A stretch of 64,000 nt of DNA from Eledone cirrhosa (lineage: Eukaryota), in NCBI GenBank assembly GCA_964016885.1, contig OZ024743.1, positions 291,338,001-291,402,000 of the forward strand, given 5' to 3'. The notes beneath the pieces are model-generated. The model did not search any database. It had not been told where the DNA came from and saw only the letters and a program-made list of their open reading frames with translations. Positions within the stretch are counted from its first letter, which is position 1; every line of letters starts with the position of its first letter. Of the stretch, positions 27,016-41,730 are shown piece by piece. A program made the translations under genes and the position numbers.

Positions 27016-27315
27016 CTTATGCAAATATTGTTAATGGACATCATATGCTTTGGGCAGTGGCTATTGTTTTGCTTGGGAGATTTGTAGCTGCATATGTTTC
27101 TAATTAATATATTTTACACTTGTGAGAACTTACGTTTTCAGAAAATTGTTCAATATCCCCAAATAGGTGTATATTTGCTATTTCAGTTCAATGTTTCATA
27201 TCTTTTTTATCTTCTTCTTTATACAACAATCCCTATGTTGGCAATTAGAATGGAGTCTATCGTCACAGTAAAATTCAAATAAAACATAAAAGTCAGTAGC
27301 AAAACCCACAGCCGC

Positions 27316-27348
<33 letters not shown>

Positions 27349-28464
27349 TCATCATCAACATTAGCAGCATATGTTGTGTATCAATAGGTGCAGTAAAAAA
27401 TTATTAGCCATTATGAAAGATTATAGCGGTTCAAAGTTTTCTTTTTTTTTAATATTAGTAAAACTTCGATGCAGTGCCATTAGATATATTGTTGATAAAT
27501 GAGATCATTCATAGTTGGTTTTTATATATAAAATACCTCCGGTAAATCGTAATTCGTGAATTGCTAAGATTTCTTATTTCAATGAGAAGGATATATTGGT
27601 ACATGTTAACATTACAGTGCCATCATTAGCATGTGTGGTATGTGTATGATTAAAATTCCGTATGTGAAGTTGTGTGTATTACATACAAAATTGAAACCGA
27701 AAATGTGTAACGTATAGACCGAAATCTTGATTGAAAAATGTTTTATACATTAGTGTCACGATAGTAATATAGGATTAAAAGCAAACAATCAGACATACAT
27801 ATACATGGTCAGAGGTATGCACTTAAATACACTCGTTATCCTAGATTCTAAACCTTCATCAATATAAGTTTAATTATATAAATAGGCATACATTGAAAAC
27901 ATAGGGACGAATGAAGAAATGTACGGCTAAAAAACCCGAGATATATAAGGACAACTTTATAGAAATAGTATGGTGAGTAGCCATAATATATCAGAAAAGT
28001 GAATATGCATATAATTCCGTGCATGGATGTGTACATATTTTTAGCTCTATATTTATTATATCTAGTTCTGGATGGTTGGTCGGGGAGAAACATATCTTAA
28101 ACCACAGCCGGTCAGGATGCTGAAATTGTTTTCAACTGATCTAATAAAGATGTTATTATTAGTGGATGGCTTAGAGATTCTCATTCTTAATTTGGCTATT
28201 AAATTCTTGAAGATTATGTGAGGATCACCTGAGGTCCAGTTAATATATTTAGACTGCACATTGGCTATAAGATATGAATGATTATGTAAAATGTAACCCC
28301 AAGCAACGTAAACATTATGATGTTGATGTTTGTGGTAATAACCTAGTTTATTGAAAAGGTTATCGATAAACGTTATCGAAGTCATGACCACCTCCATGTC
28401 CATTTGGGCCAGACCATCAATATATATACATACATAGACACATACACACAAAACCACACACACG

Positions 28465-28535
<71 letters not shown>

Positions 28536-30051
28536 GTGGGGGGGTGCTAGGCAGACAAAGTGTACGATTTGTTTATATTTATAATTACATATATTTAAAG
28601 TATGGGGACGTTGTGTGTGGCTGATGCATCGAACCACACACTACGCAGAACCTCTTGATATGCCCCCTGCTAGAAAACCCCGGCACAGCATTAGACTTGG
28701 TAGATTTTACTGAGAAAGGACAGCAATGTGTTCAGTTGTGGAGGAAGCACATCTAGCCAAGCTTTGTAGCCGACACTCTTGTCGACACGATAACAAGATT
28801 ACACAGAATGGGGTAGGGAAACTGCACCAATATGTATATAAATATCATTATGTTTCATATGTAGTCATATAAGCATGCCAGAAAATAAGGATTTCCGATT
28901 AAATAAAGACAATCATAAACACGTTTAATGGATCTACGGAACAAATTGGGTCCTCCTCAGAAGGTGAGTATATAATCTAGACAACCACAAGTATACACGT
29001 ATTTAACGGGCTTATTTAACCATCCACTTTTAGTAGTGTACTGAAATGGACATACTAATTTGCATAAAATTAGAGGTCTTGTTAATTAAGTTATATATTA
29101 AAACGTTTCGGATTTCTGTGACATCAGCGCATTAACATGCAAAAAAGTGGGGACTCCGTTTGTTTATAGGGAGAGCGAGAAAAGCGGAGGCAGAGACAAT
29201 GGGAATTTGATTCTATTATAATCCAACCTAATATATATGTATATAATTATATGAAAGATTTATCATGAATATATTCAATAGTAAATGGAAAATAAAAACA
29301 TGCTTCGCATCACATTTATACAAATATATCAAACTCAGCATGTCAGAATAAAAACTATTGTTGAAAATGAATCATCACAAATAATTTTACTTGTAAACTA
29401 TACAGATATGATGGTTTCCCGTTTGTCCAATGTCTGTAGGTTATCTTTAGAGTTTCGAAGGCCAAAAACAATACTACGCTCTTCAGTGAATAAATAGAGA
29501 GCGAATAAAGATGAACATACAGAGAGACGAAGTGAAGCGATCTGATCACTTCAGCAGTCACCTTACGTTATATAAGTTGATGTTCCTCATTTAGTGAAGT
29601 TAATATTACCACACAGACAGTTATTATATATGTATATGTATATATATAAGATAGAGGGGGGAGAGAGAGAGAGAGTGAGAGAGAGAGATTTAAAAGAGTC
29701 AAAGTTAGTGTTGCAGCATATGTAGAAACTTCATTTTCATATTATATTTATATCGGCGTGTGATTGATTTTCAAATGTGGTAACCTACCATAGAAAAGTG
29801 TGCCATTTGTTATCCTATAGTATCTAATAACAAGTAAAATGTACATATAACTACATGATGGCATGAAAGTTTAAATATACCATCATGAAATATGTGGGGT
29901 TGTTCGAATTAAGTATTCAAATTAAAATATTTCCTCAAAACGACATCAGTCCACACTCAACCTAACAACAAGTACATATATTCATACATTTACACACACC
30001 TGAATTATTAATCAATGCATAAAGAAAACACACATAATATACAATTAAATT

Positions 30052-30122
<71 letters not shown>

Positions 30123-30446
30123 ATCAATCACACACAATTATGTATATATATATATATATATATATGTTTATGTATATGTCAAACATTATGAAATAACTGA
30201 AATTTCAGATGTAAACACCAATTTGATATATATAAAGTCCTGAAACACTTCCATTTCTGTTCAACTTCAAAGATTTCGGTAAACATCGCATCACTTTCAT
30301 CTGTAGGAATGATTGGTGAAATGGAAATTATATATATGCTAAATCAAATGATTTTATGTGTTATGTTGTTGTTGGTGGTGTTTTTATTAACTGAACTATT
30401 ATTGATATTATCATATTTTTACTCTTATATCTATAATACTTTTAAC

Positions 30447-30534
<88 letters not shown>

Positions 30535-30535
30535 A

Positions 30536-30603
<68 letters not shown>
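30447..30603. repeat. (TAG)n microsatellite
   Basis: Seen directly. Confidence 0.98.
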
Positions 30604-30604
<1 letters not shown>

Positions 30605-31320
30605 GAAGATGAGGAGGGGGAGGAAGGGAAGGAAGAGGAGGAATAATGGTGGTGAGGTGATGTTGGTGTTAGTAGGAGTAGGAGACACAGTGATGCTGCC
30701 ATGTTATTAATTTAATTTTTCCAATTTTGTCTCTCTCACTCTCTTTATGTAAGTATGAATATAAATATATATGCTCTCATTCTTTATATATATATATATA
30801 TTTTAAGGTATATATATATATATATATATTTATATGTAATTAAATGTGAGTGTGTATGTGAATATGCGTGAATATGCGTATGTGCGTAAGTGTGAATAAT
30901 GTGAATGTATGCATATATACGCAAACGACATGAATATGTTTATGTAAATTTTCATACGCATCAAAATATGTACTTAGTGTCTAAAAATGTATATGCATAT
31001 CAGGTTAGCCAATTCCAAAATTGCAAATTTCAAGTGAAAAAAAGAATAGCCACTAAAAGAAGTTCACAGACGTCGCTCCGCCACCACCACCACAGTATCA
31101 AAAATAGGGAGAAAGAATATTTAATTGCGCATTTAATATTCGATTCGTTTTTGTTTCTTTACCATCTTTTGACAACGTACTAGGAGTATACACAAACTTT
31201 TCACGAAACAATTTTCTATGATTTGCATACGAAAACTTGATCCATAATATTGGCTCCCTCGGACGTAAATATGAACTTAAAGGAAAAATATGTCTCTGTG
31301 TATGTATGTGTGCCCCTATA

Positions 31321-31354
<34 letters not shown>

Positions 31355-31356
<2 letters not shown>

Positions 31357-31461
31357 CGAAGGAAATGTGGTAAGGAACCAGGTGGACCATGACGCACCAA
31401 AGTACTCAATACTTAGGGTAGTAGAGTCGGTAATAGGAACAAGTAAGACGTCTTACTTGTA

Positions 31462-31466
<5 letters not shown>
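31355..31466 (-). mobile_element. Tail-only fold-back copy of PLE family C
   Basis: 31355-31449 is the near reverse complement of 45004-45098, followed by a 17-bp inversion; TA tracts on both sides. Confidence 0.8.
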
Positions 31467-31509
<43 letters not shown>

Positions 31510-31511
<2 letters not shown>

Positions 31512-32480
31512 GTAATTATGATAAATTTGAAGACTAAAATCCAAATTTAGCTAAACTACCTAGCCGTAGGAACACGTGCAACCCTGTAGTTAGTACTAAC
31601 TGTAATTGTAGGAATCGGGTTGACTGCCCCCTATCTGGGAAATACCTCTCTAGTAACATTGTCTACAAATGTAAGGTTGAAACACCCACGTCCCGTAGGG
31701 CCTACACAGGGCTAACCGCCAATAGATTCAAGCAGCGTCTTTACATGCATACCCATTCTTTTCGTTACCCTTTAAGAAGGAATATGACGTCACTTTCAGC
31801 TTATATCTGGAGTCTAAAAGACAACCACAGCCAATATAAGTAACACTGGGAGATCCTAGCTAGGACTAGATCGTATAGCGGAAATAAAAGACCATGTGAC
31901 CTCTGCGCCGCTGAGGCCCTGGAAATACTCTACGCCAAAGACCACATCTTAAACCAAAAATCTGAGGCAATTTCGGCTTGTAAACATAAATTGCACAAAA
32001 CTTTCCTGTATTACAGCCCCACATTATACCCTAACGGATAGTACGAACTATACGCGGATATTTTACGTCTTGATGTGGTAGCTAAGTATAAGTTATGTTT
32101 ATACCATTACTTATTTGTATATGTAAGTATATATTACCTGTATGTTTTGTGAAGGTACGTATACTTTCTCGAACGTATATTTGATTGTATATATTATGGC
32201 GATTATATTATTTTTTCTGGTACATATGCTTTTGGTTGTGTGTATACGTGAGTTTTGCGTCTGTGTGAGTATGCGCGTTCGTACGTATGTAGGGTGTGTG
32301 TATATGTGTACTTCGTGTTTTGGTTGACGTACGTCTCCGAACATAAGTGTATTTACATGTAGGTATGTGTGTGCGTTTGTTATATACGTAGCGAAACTAC
32401 GTAGTCGAGGAGTAATGGAGGTATGGTATATCTTATTAATTATTTCTAATATTTATTCTTTCTTTATAATGTATTATATA
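31510..32480 (+). mobile_element. 5'-truncated Naiad-type PLE: GIY-YIG endonuclease plus 3' UTR
   Basis: CNCRNRVDCPLSGK..NIVYKC..YTGLTANRFKQR..WEIL..CDLCAAE..LNQKSEAISACKH (CxCx5C, CxxC, CxH); one internal stop; starts at a TA tract; right boundary approximate. Confidence 0.85.
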
Positions 32481-32636
32481 GCTCTGATACTGAATCAATC
32501 TAATCCATTCGGATTATTTTGTTCCAGTTATTCATAGACCAACAATGGTTAAGGTTGGCACCACACAAATTCGTGGATATATGTGCATATATTCATGTAT
32601 ATGTATGTGTTCGCATGTGTCTGTGTATTTCTTTAT

Positions 32637-32694
<58 letters not shown>

Positions 32695-32707
<13 letters not shown>

Positions 32708-33213
32708 GAGGATGTGTGTGTCTGTGTGTGTGTGCGGGAGTGTGTGGGTATGTGTGTGTATCTGTGGACAACTTTGGACAGCTAAGGCTTTTACAGTTCC
32801 CTACCGAATTTGACCAAATTTTCTGTTCACGTTGCACCCGTCGCTAAGATGCTCACATCACAATCGACCCACGTTGAGCAATAAAAATCGATAGCAAAAT
32901 TATTTTTTCTAAAGTGCATGATGTAAACTAGAAATCAATCAAAACAAAATCCTTATGGGACTTTCCATTCAAACTGTTGGGACCTACAACTTTTCAGCTG
33001 TAGCTTGCATATTTTTTTGACACTCGCGACAAAATTGTAGGTGTTTATTTTCTGCGCTACATGGCTCTTAAGTGAGCATCGATTTTCTTCTAAGTCACTG
33101 CCTGTGTCAGCATACAAACTAAATCATTATGGGATTTTCCATTCAATTTACTTCCTAGCTGTATATTGTTAGCATAATTTCAAACCCCGGCCAACGCCTG
33201 GTAAATTTTCTAG
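32695..33213 (+). mobile_element. Non-autonomous Helitron-like element
   Basis: 3' hairpin cccggccaacgcctgg then CTAG|T; 5' TATATAAA plus GT microsatellite. Confidence 0.65.
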
Positions 33214-33579
33214 TATATATATATACACACATATACACAAACACACACACAAACACACGAAAGACTAACAAGGATTTGTATTAAGGCATTTAATAGATTT
33301 AGATTAACAAATATAGTCCACACCTGTTAGAATAAATCGTCAGACTCGATCAAATACAAATAAATACCTGACAAATTCCTTGAATTACAGTGAGAGATTT
33401 GAATGAAAAACGTAAACAATACCATCCATATATTGTAAGGAAAACGTAAATATTTATCGAAGTATACAAAGTAATACATATATCCATATCAATGTGAATG
33501 TTTAGTGACTATGGAATTTACAATTTTTTATGAGAAAGATACAGAGCCAATATAATTGTTTAAGAAAAAATAGTGATTA

Positions 33580-34080
33580 CTAGCAGTGGTACCCGGTGTT
33601 GCACGGGATAAGGTATTTTGGAACGCGGCCAACAACAGACCTAATCGTGGAAAAACTGCATGCCTGGACAATAAGTAAATAAAATTAACCGAATACACTG
33701 ATGGCTGGATAATCTTTAAGATTTTCCTCGATGAAGCAGGAATAATGCAGGATTTCACCTAATGCGGGCCCTAGAAATTTTATTTTTTTATGAGCATAAT
33801 ATGCCTTTACATTTCGTGAAAATCGGCTAGACGTAACGCCTCCAAAAAGCCCTAAGAAGCTGAAAAAATAATGTTTTTCAACTAATGCGGTCTCGAGGCG
33901 ATAAGAAAGGTGCATTTTCTTTGCTTACGGAATTAAGAAGAGACTGACTAATACATAGTTACAATTTCAAGGAAATCGGTCTGACGCCTCAAAAATCCCC
34001 TAAAATTCTTTAAAAACGCAGTTGAAATATCAAGGAAAACTGCTCAATCCAGTGGAAGAGAACATATTTACTATAAACTA
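33580..34080 (-). mobile_element. Non-autonomous Helitron-like element (5' boundary uncertain)
   Basis: A|CTAG followed by the hairpin cccggtgttgcacggg. Confidence 0.55.
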
Positions 34081-34197
34081 TGTTTCATAAACTTAACATG
34101 TATGTACACTCATTGGTTTCGGGGCCCTCTCATACTGTATATTCGAGAGTGCACTTTTAAACTAGCCCTTTATTCCGGCACTCATTCCGTCATTAAG

Positions 34198-34239
<42 letters not shown>

Positions 34240-34240
34240 G

Positions 34241-34299
<59 letters not shown>

Positions 34300-34444
34300 T
34301 GTTATACTTTGGGAGGGTCATGTTGCCAATAAGAAACACACGCACCAGCTGCTTTCACTTCAATTTATTATAATAAATTTATAATAAATTTATAAATTTC
34401 TGGTTGGTTGGTTGGTTCCACAACCAGATAGTTGTTTATATATT

Positions 34445-34487
34445 GTCATAGTTCTTTCGTCACACACTCTGTGACCTCTTCAGTGAC
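34445..34487 (-). ncRNA. Hammerhead motif A, left arm
   Basis: gtca CTGAAGA g GTCACA gagtg TGTGAC GAAA gaac TA tgac. Confidence 0.8.
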
Positions 34488-34982
34488 TGGGGATTCCTTT
34501 CTTTGTTTCTGTGCCTCTCCTTTGTTCTGTCCTACGCCATTTTGTTTCTGTGTGTGTGTTGTGTGCTCAGACCTTCGAGATAGTAAAGAATCATCTGTAC
34601 TCTACCAACATGCTAAAATAGAACACAAGGGTAAATTAGAGAACATAGAAATAAAAATAGAATCTACACACAGAAAATACGCAATGTTTAGACAAATTAC
34701 AGAGGCAATAAACATAAAAGAATTACAACCAAAATTAAATAGAAAATATGAGTGGAACAGCAACATCAGAACTTACAATTAAGGACAAAATGAAAACACA
34801 CACACACATAGAACAAACAACCAACCAGTTACATGTAAATAAACAAATAAATAAATGAACATAAACACACACAGACACACGGATGTGGCGCATGCGCAGA
34901 CTGAGCAAACAACACACACACATAAACAAAATGGCGTAGGACAGAACAAAGGAGAGGCACAGAAACAAAGAAAGGAATCCCC

Positions 34983-35027
34983 AGTCACTGAAGAGGTCAC
35001 AGAGTGTGTGACGAAAGGACTATGACT
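34983..35027 (+). ncRNA. Hammerhead motif A, right arm
   Basis: agtca CTGAAGA g GTCACA gagtg TGTGAC GAAA ggac TA tgact. Confidence 0.85.
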
Positions 35028-35235
35028 ATATATAAACAACTATCTGGTTGTGGAACCAACCAACCAACCAGAAATTTGTAAATTTATAAATTTATTATAA
35101 ATTTATTATAATAAATTGAAGTGAAAGCAACTGGTGCGTGTATTTCTTATTGGCAACATGACCCTCCCAAAGTATAACAATATCGGTTTCAACACACGAT
35201 TTCAGATAAAGAATCTTGCTAAACAAATTCAGAAA

Positions 35236-35307
<72 letters not shown>

Positions 35308-35589
35308 AAACAGAAATAATTATGGGACGAAGCAAGTCAAATAATGCGGATATAGCTTCGGCCGTTTCCTCACACACACTATTGAAAACTTATTTTGTAT
35401 TATTAAAATTCGTATCCGGGCTGGCTAGTGTGCACACTGTCTTTAAACAGCAGGGGAAATGGATTCGTGTGGTTAGGGTAATATGATAGCCGGACTGCTG
35501 TAACACTTTCTACTCTCGTTAAATGCTCAGCGAGCCGATCAGAACTTCGCTAAATGTTGGTATCGAGGATGTGAATTATCTGTCTTACC

Positions 35590-35840
35590 ACCCTGTGTGT
35601 GTTATGTGGGGGCAATATAATTGGACAGTACTGCACTGAATGGGATGTCTTTCACTCTTTGAAAACTGGGACAACAGACAAGGATATAACATGTTCAAGA
35701 GTATAAAGCTGTGATCAGTGGCTTCTTCTAGAGATTAACCAGAGTGGTTGAAATTGATGCTGGCAATTATTCCTGACTCTACTGCGATCCACTCGGATCA
35801 TACTGCTGAGGAGTGCTCAATTTGATACCAGGACAACAAA
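35590..35840 (+). pseudogene. Possible decayed immunoglobulin-domain exon
   Basis: LTRVVEIDAGNYS*LYCDPLGS resembles the Ig DxGxYxC strand; upstream TVLH* in another frame; stops and frameshifts. Confidence 0.35.
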
Positions 35841-37719
35841 AATTATGTTACTTATGGAGTGATAGTGATGAACATCACTGATACTGTCCAGATCTGCCGT
35901 ATCGGGATTGCTAAAAGCTGAACAGTATTGTTGCTGCATCTCACCCATGATTTTAGCATCATCATGGAGAGTGTTATTTTACTTAATCAGAAAGCCAACA
36001 GTTGAGATAGCCTGGAATATTTCGCAAATGAAGTTAACATTTAATTTTCTGAATGGTTCAGTCCTCCAGAACTGTGCTTACGCATTTGGAAGATTATGGG
36101 TTTTTGATTCGAACGATGCAATAGTAGTCGAATAGCTGCTTTGATAATGTCAGTATTTTTCTATGTTAATTCCTTTTATGTTTTTTGCTTCTACGTTTTT
36201 ACGTTTGGCTGAGGGAATTTCCGATTACAGAGAATCATGGACTCACTCATAAATTGTGGATAGTTATAGTATGGTAATTAAACAACAAGACCAAAAGATT
36301 TTTGTGACATTTTGATACGAACACAAGTTGAAATATCAAAGAGTCATCCATGAATTCAAGCATTCCGTCTAATGCTTCTTTGTCAGGGAATAAGATAGGA
36401 ATTACTGCTTTCAAACTGTTTCAGACCACACAATAGATGTCATTTTACAAGAATGGCTCTGTTGAATAAAATGCTTAGTGTTGTTAAAGCATTATCTGAG
36501 GCTCCTAAACATAGAATGCCTTCACATATTTGTCGATTAGTGAAAATATGAGAGCATTATAAATATTGTTTGTAGAATATTCAGGGAAAGAATGGTTTCT
36601 GTATATACCTCCAAATTCACAGGATCAAACCTATATACTCGCAATCATTTTTTCCAGATAACATTGATGTGGACATGCAGTTATGGTGTATGCACGATTG
36701 TTGATCGTCATAAAAGATTGCCCTGAGACTAGACATTTGGAAGTAACTATCGTAAGACAGTTGCAACGATATTCCTGAACGATGATGTCCATGGAGATAA
36801 ATATAGAAAGCTACCCCTTTCTATAAATAAAGCGGAATATAGATATGTTTTACAATATGTATACTGGATATGATAAGGAAACATAGCTATGGTGAAATAT
36901 ATCAATGAAAGTAAATCAATAATTCGACTGAGTACAATTACAAGTGAATTTGAAAATTCCAATAATTGAATTAACTTGGAATATAACAGAAGCGATATAA
37001 TCTAATAATTGATCAATCAATTTCATTAGTTGATGACAGAATATATTTTAAAGGTAAAGGCAAGCATATTATCATGTAGCTTCTGCAGAGAAATAATAAA
37101 TATTAATCTATATACATTTAAACACACATTTGCGCCTGAAGATAAAGACGTCCACATATATTTAGACACCTCATATTTAATTTTGTTCCTAATTCATGTG
37201 TATGGTTATATAATTTGGCGCCTAACAAACACTGATTGATTAATGTTATCATCAACATCTTTCGAATCATGACAATAATTTTCTTAATAATCTGTAAATA
37301 TCAAATAAGACAGTATGCTTAAGTTTTGTGAATGTTACACATTGTATATTTGGTAAACGACTGGAGGACATTCATTTAGATATCGTTTTAGTTATTAATA
37401 TTTCCACTTCTCTGTATATCTCTAGATGTGAAGTAAATGTCTTAATCGCAATTTACCGATGTCTAAAACCGTTAGGACAAACGCTTGTCATTGGGTTTTT
37501 GTCTAACCAGGTATAAGCCCTTATTAAACAGACAAATGATTGAGAGCATTTCAGCAACGACCAAAGCTATCTGTTTTAATACGTAATGTAATTAGCACTA
37601 CAAATTCAACTTATATATTTGTTTACGTTGGGCATAAAGCAAAAGGGAGTGTGAATGGTAGAGTTAATTGTTCTACTTTTCGTTAGGAGGTGACGGTTCT
37701 TAATATATATATATATATA

Positions 37720-37910
37720 TAATTGTTTCTACTTTTGGCACAAGGCCAGCAATTATCAAGTGCATTACTGGTACTTTATTTTATCGACCCCGTAAGGATG
37801 AAAGGCAAAGTTAACCTCGGCGGGATTTGAACTCAAACCATAAAGGGGCGTAACTCTTTGCTGCAAAGCATGGCGTCAGACCCTCTACCGATACTGCCAA
37901 TCCACCGCCC
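37720..37910 (-). mobile_element. SINE family 1, full length
   Basis: Homologous to 5570-5756. Confidence 0.9.
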
Positions 37911-39574
37911 GTCAGGTATGACGTAATCAACGTAAACAGACTGGGGATGTGTCGTACTCATGTATTAAGCATATTTGCGGTCCGCAAATTAGTAGCAATT
38001 ATTCAAACCAAAGAAAGCTTATACCTCATGAAATAACGCTTTTGCTGGGATTTCTGTTGAACGGTATCTGACTACTGAGTAAGTGAAATAAACAATAATT
38101 GCTTATTTAAGCTTCGTAATATACAAGATATACTTTTTCTCTATGTAGGAATATAAAATCCATACTGAAGATTTATACTTGTAGGTGAGCGAGATAATTG
38201 TTTGTCGGACATGTATTCACAGAATTACTGCTTTTTTGCGTACTGAGAATTATAAATACTCGATGAATATTTAACAAACCTGAGCAACTAAAGTTTTTAA
38301 TTTTCTCACACCCTTACAGTATTAAAAGAACAATAACCTGTTTTTCTCCCTATCCTTTCTGCTTTGTTAGTTATGAATATTATAAAATATGGAATCTTAT
38401 ACTGTCTAAAATATTACATGTTGTATGTTCATACTTTTAATTGTCTGTTTGTAGCACTTTTGATATTTTTGGTTTTCTGTAGTCTGGTATTTCTTCGGCG
38501 CCAATCCAGAACATTCCTGATCGAAGTGAATACGCTACTAGATATTTCAAAGTGAAAATAGATCACAATACGGAGTGCCATAGCTCTTGACAATTATGGG
38601 CGCCTGAAATGGACAAAATGCTGATATATTTTAACAGTGTATGTGGATATTTCTACAGTCTTCGCATGAGATCTTACTTCTGCCTCATTTAGTGATTTGT
38701 TAGCTTCTCGGTCAAGACAGTTATTACAAGATAAGAAATAATTATTACAATTATAACGTATTATTGTTATATCTAAAGTATTTATGCTGATAACAATACT
38801 TTTGTTTGTATCGATCTTGGTCTTAAATATTAAAAGTTTTTCAATCATTTACATGTTATACTGTCTTGTCCAATAATACCTAATTATTCTAATATGCTTA
38901 GTCTAATTTTCGTAGGACTGTATATTTATATAACATAATAGAATACTTTTTAATGATCTTCGTTTCAAAGTTACTTTGGTTTACTTTTCTAACTTGGAAT
39001 ATAAGATTTTCTCGATACTCAATACATTTTATCTAACATGGTTTCTAATTGTTTGCCATCTAAAGTGTATAATTTAAGGTAACTATATCCCATGCTTTCG
39101 TCTCCAGCAAAGTTTAAAATAGTTAAAATGTTAAGGTGTGGCAGAAAATAAGTGAAGAGAGTGATCAAATCATTATACTTATTTTCTTATAGAAATGGAA
39201 TTCAACTCAGTAATTCCATCTCAAACGTGTATCTGATGACTTGTTTGCATTTTCTTCCCAACATAATTTACATATCTGCTTTGCAATACACGCCGTACTC
39301 AAGGCTCTTACTTGCGGGAGTCACGATTTGGGAAGATTGCCAAACGATTTCTGCTACTAACATCATATTATGACCAGGCCCATTGATTCTACTCATACAC
39401 TTATCGGTAATGGATTTTGTAGTTATCGATTTATATCTAAACGTTATAAGTGTTTCAATCACATTTTCTGTCCATCTGGAATTGCGTATTTTCTTGTTAC
39501 TTATACATTGCAGCATTATTGTATTTGTAATGTGTTTCATGGTTTGAAATTTAATATGTCCGATTAATATGTGC

Positions 39575-39900
39575 AGGGCTTAGTAGTTAGGGCGTCGGTT
39601 CACAATCGTGAGTCTGTGAATTTGATTCCCGGAGTGAATGAGTGTTCTTGAGTAAGACACTTCATTTCACGTCAGCTGTAGAAATGAGTTGCGACGTTAC
39701 TGGTGCAAAATTGTATCGACCATTGCATTTCCCTTGGACAAAATCGGTAGTGGGTAGAGAGTATAATAGTATGCATGGGTAACTGCTAGTCTTCCACAGA
39801 ATCCCGTTGCTTTGATTTGTGCCTCAGAATGAATACTTTTTTGGTGCAAATCCCATGGCCATTCATGACTGAAGTGATTCTTTAACCATAAAGAATTCTC
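39575..39900 (+). mobile_element. tRNA-derived SINE family 2
   Basis: A-box-like ggcttagtagttagg, B-box-like aatttgattcc, then gtgttcttgagtaagacact. Confidence 0.6.
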
Positions 39901-40019
39901 AGTCATTATGACTAATATAAAATTCGTGGCTCTCTATGCTTATGTGTGAGTGCGCCAATGTGCGGATATACGTGCTAGAGAGACTTAATGTGCGTGTATG
40001 TGTCTATGTGCGTGTCTAG

Positions 40020-41730
40020 ATTCCAAACGTTTTAATGCCGGGTTGTTGGTAAGAAGTATAAACTGTACCTGATTTACAAAATGCCCCTGCTAAACCCGCA
40101 GAACTGGTTCCACTAACAGAAAGACGAGCGAAAGGTAGGTTACTGACACCAGAAACCCATCTAAATGAATGGAAACCTCGATTTTATTCCTTCGCTGCTT
40201 TGTTGTTACACCCACTCATGGGAGAGGTTTCCGGCGTCAACCTCGAGGAACAATCCATAATTGGTGTCACTAAGGCAGTTCGAACTTGTAATCTGGAATG
40301 TCCTGAGTGTTTTTCTGAGGGTGCGGGAACCATGGGTATCGGCACTTGCCATTCCATCACCTTATTCCAACGACGAGGAGAGTGAAGGCCTACTATATTA
40401 GTACCATACTGTGTCCCGCATCTACATATGAAGATTTTGTGGCTTCGGACGCTACATTATAATCGGCATCTATTACGTAATTCTGTATTTTCCCGAGCCT
40501 GACGGAAGCCTATGATAAAGGCACCAAAATTCACAGCAGAGTAGTTGAGGCGTCCAAATTTAAGACATGAGAGGACTTTGGGTTTAAGCTTGAATCCGAC
40601 TTCAGATCAGCAAATGAATTATTTTTGTAGATAATCAGCCGACATCCTAATAGGAGGTCCTCCTCAATATCTGTTATCAGGAACGCCTCTGGGCATCTTA
40701 TCTCTTTAGGGAGGTGCATCCTCACGAGGTGGAGACGATAATTTATTGTTCTTCTAAAATAGATTAAACAATCCTTGTTTGTTCAGCTTCTGATGTACAC
40801 GAGGTGCTTCAGGCGTGATTTTTAATCTTTTGGATGCTGTGGTCACGAAAGCAGTTAAACAGTGCAAATGTGGCAACGGTGGTTGGTGAGGATGAAATAA
40901 TGCCCAAAGTGTTCAAAGCCTCAAATAGGGAAGGTATTCTCTTATTAACTCGCGTGTGACGGGTTGCCTGGAATTATGGAAAGGTACCCATGTAATGACA
41001 ATAAAGACTGATGAGCCTAATCTTCAAAAGGGGAGACAATGGATATTGCTCCAATCTTACAGGGTTCACCTCGTTAAACCTTGCCGGTAAAGTATATGAT
41101 ATGCGTCTGATAAACAGATGTAGGCAGATTGTCGAAGCCAAGCTACCTTTTGAACAGTCTGGCTTTCGCGCTGACACAGCACGGACCACCAAATATTCAT
41201 ACTGTGGCAGGTCTTTAAGTAATCGTGGTACAACTGTCAAGAAGTGTATTGATTATTTTAGACCTTAGAAAGCACATAACCTTGTCCCATGGGACTTGTT
41301 GCGGAAGGTTCTGAAGGTGTATGGGATCGAGGTGCAGCTTGTTGTTGCCTTCATGTCTCTATTCGAATGTCTGAGTAATTGTGCTCGCTTAAATGGTTCA
41401 AAATCAAAACCTTATATGTGGGAGTTGGATTCCGCCAAGCGTGCGTACTATGACCTCACCTGTTCATTATCATTATTTTCATGAACATTGACATTGCCTT
41501 TCATCCTTACGGGGTCGATAAAATAAAATACCAGTAATGCACTGGGTATTTGCTGGCCTTGTGCCTAAAGTAGAATCTATTATTTTCATGAACATGATTG
41601 ATATCCGCCGTCGGGCTGTATCTGGTGTGACGACTGGCAGGTGTACGATTATTGGCTTGAATTTCTGGTATCACTTAACTCGTCGGAAATTGATCTCTGA
41701 CATGCATTTGATAGTTTTGTTGCCGACGTT
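40020..41730 (+). mobile_element. Decayed RTE-clade LINE
   Basis: LIFKRGD..CSN..LNLAGKVY..EQSGFR; DLRKAHNLVPW-like segment; many frameshifts; left boundary approximate. Confidence 0.75.
41494..41580 (+). mobile_element. Truncated SINE family 1 nested in the RTE, with a 17-bp TSD
   Basis: attattttcatgaacat at 41472-41488 and 41579-41595. Confidence 0.85.

Larger units (their letters stand above)
34297..35238 (+). mobile_element. Fold-back PLE insertion A with GIY-YIG C-terminus
   Basis: Arms 34297-34570 and 34901-35182; spacer encodes SVLYQHAKIEH..RQITEAINIKELQPKLNRKYEW; tail to 35238; TA flanks. Confidence 0.9.

Noticed and set aside
28062-28420. Open stretch on the minus strand after (TA)n
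   Set aside because: No recognisable domain or splice structure
28920-28970. Minus-strand CTGAGGA hairpin
   Set aside because: No GAAA in register
29440-29490. Minus-strand CTGAAGA..CGAAAC
   Set aside because: Core strings are present but stems I and II do not pair; at most a decayed HHR
35637-35776. TGA at both putative Ig cysteines as Sec
   Set aside because: The two codons are in different frames and other stops are present
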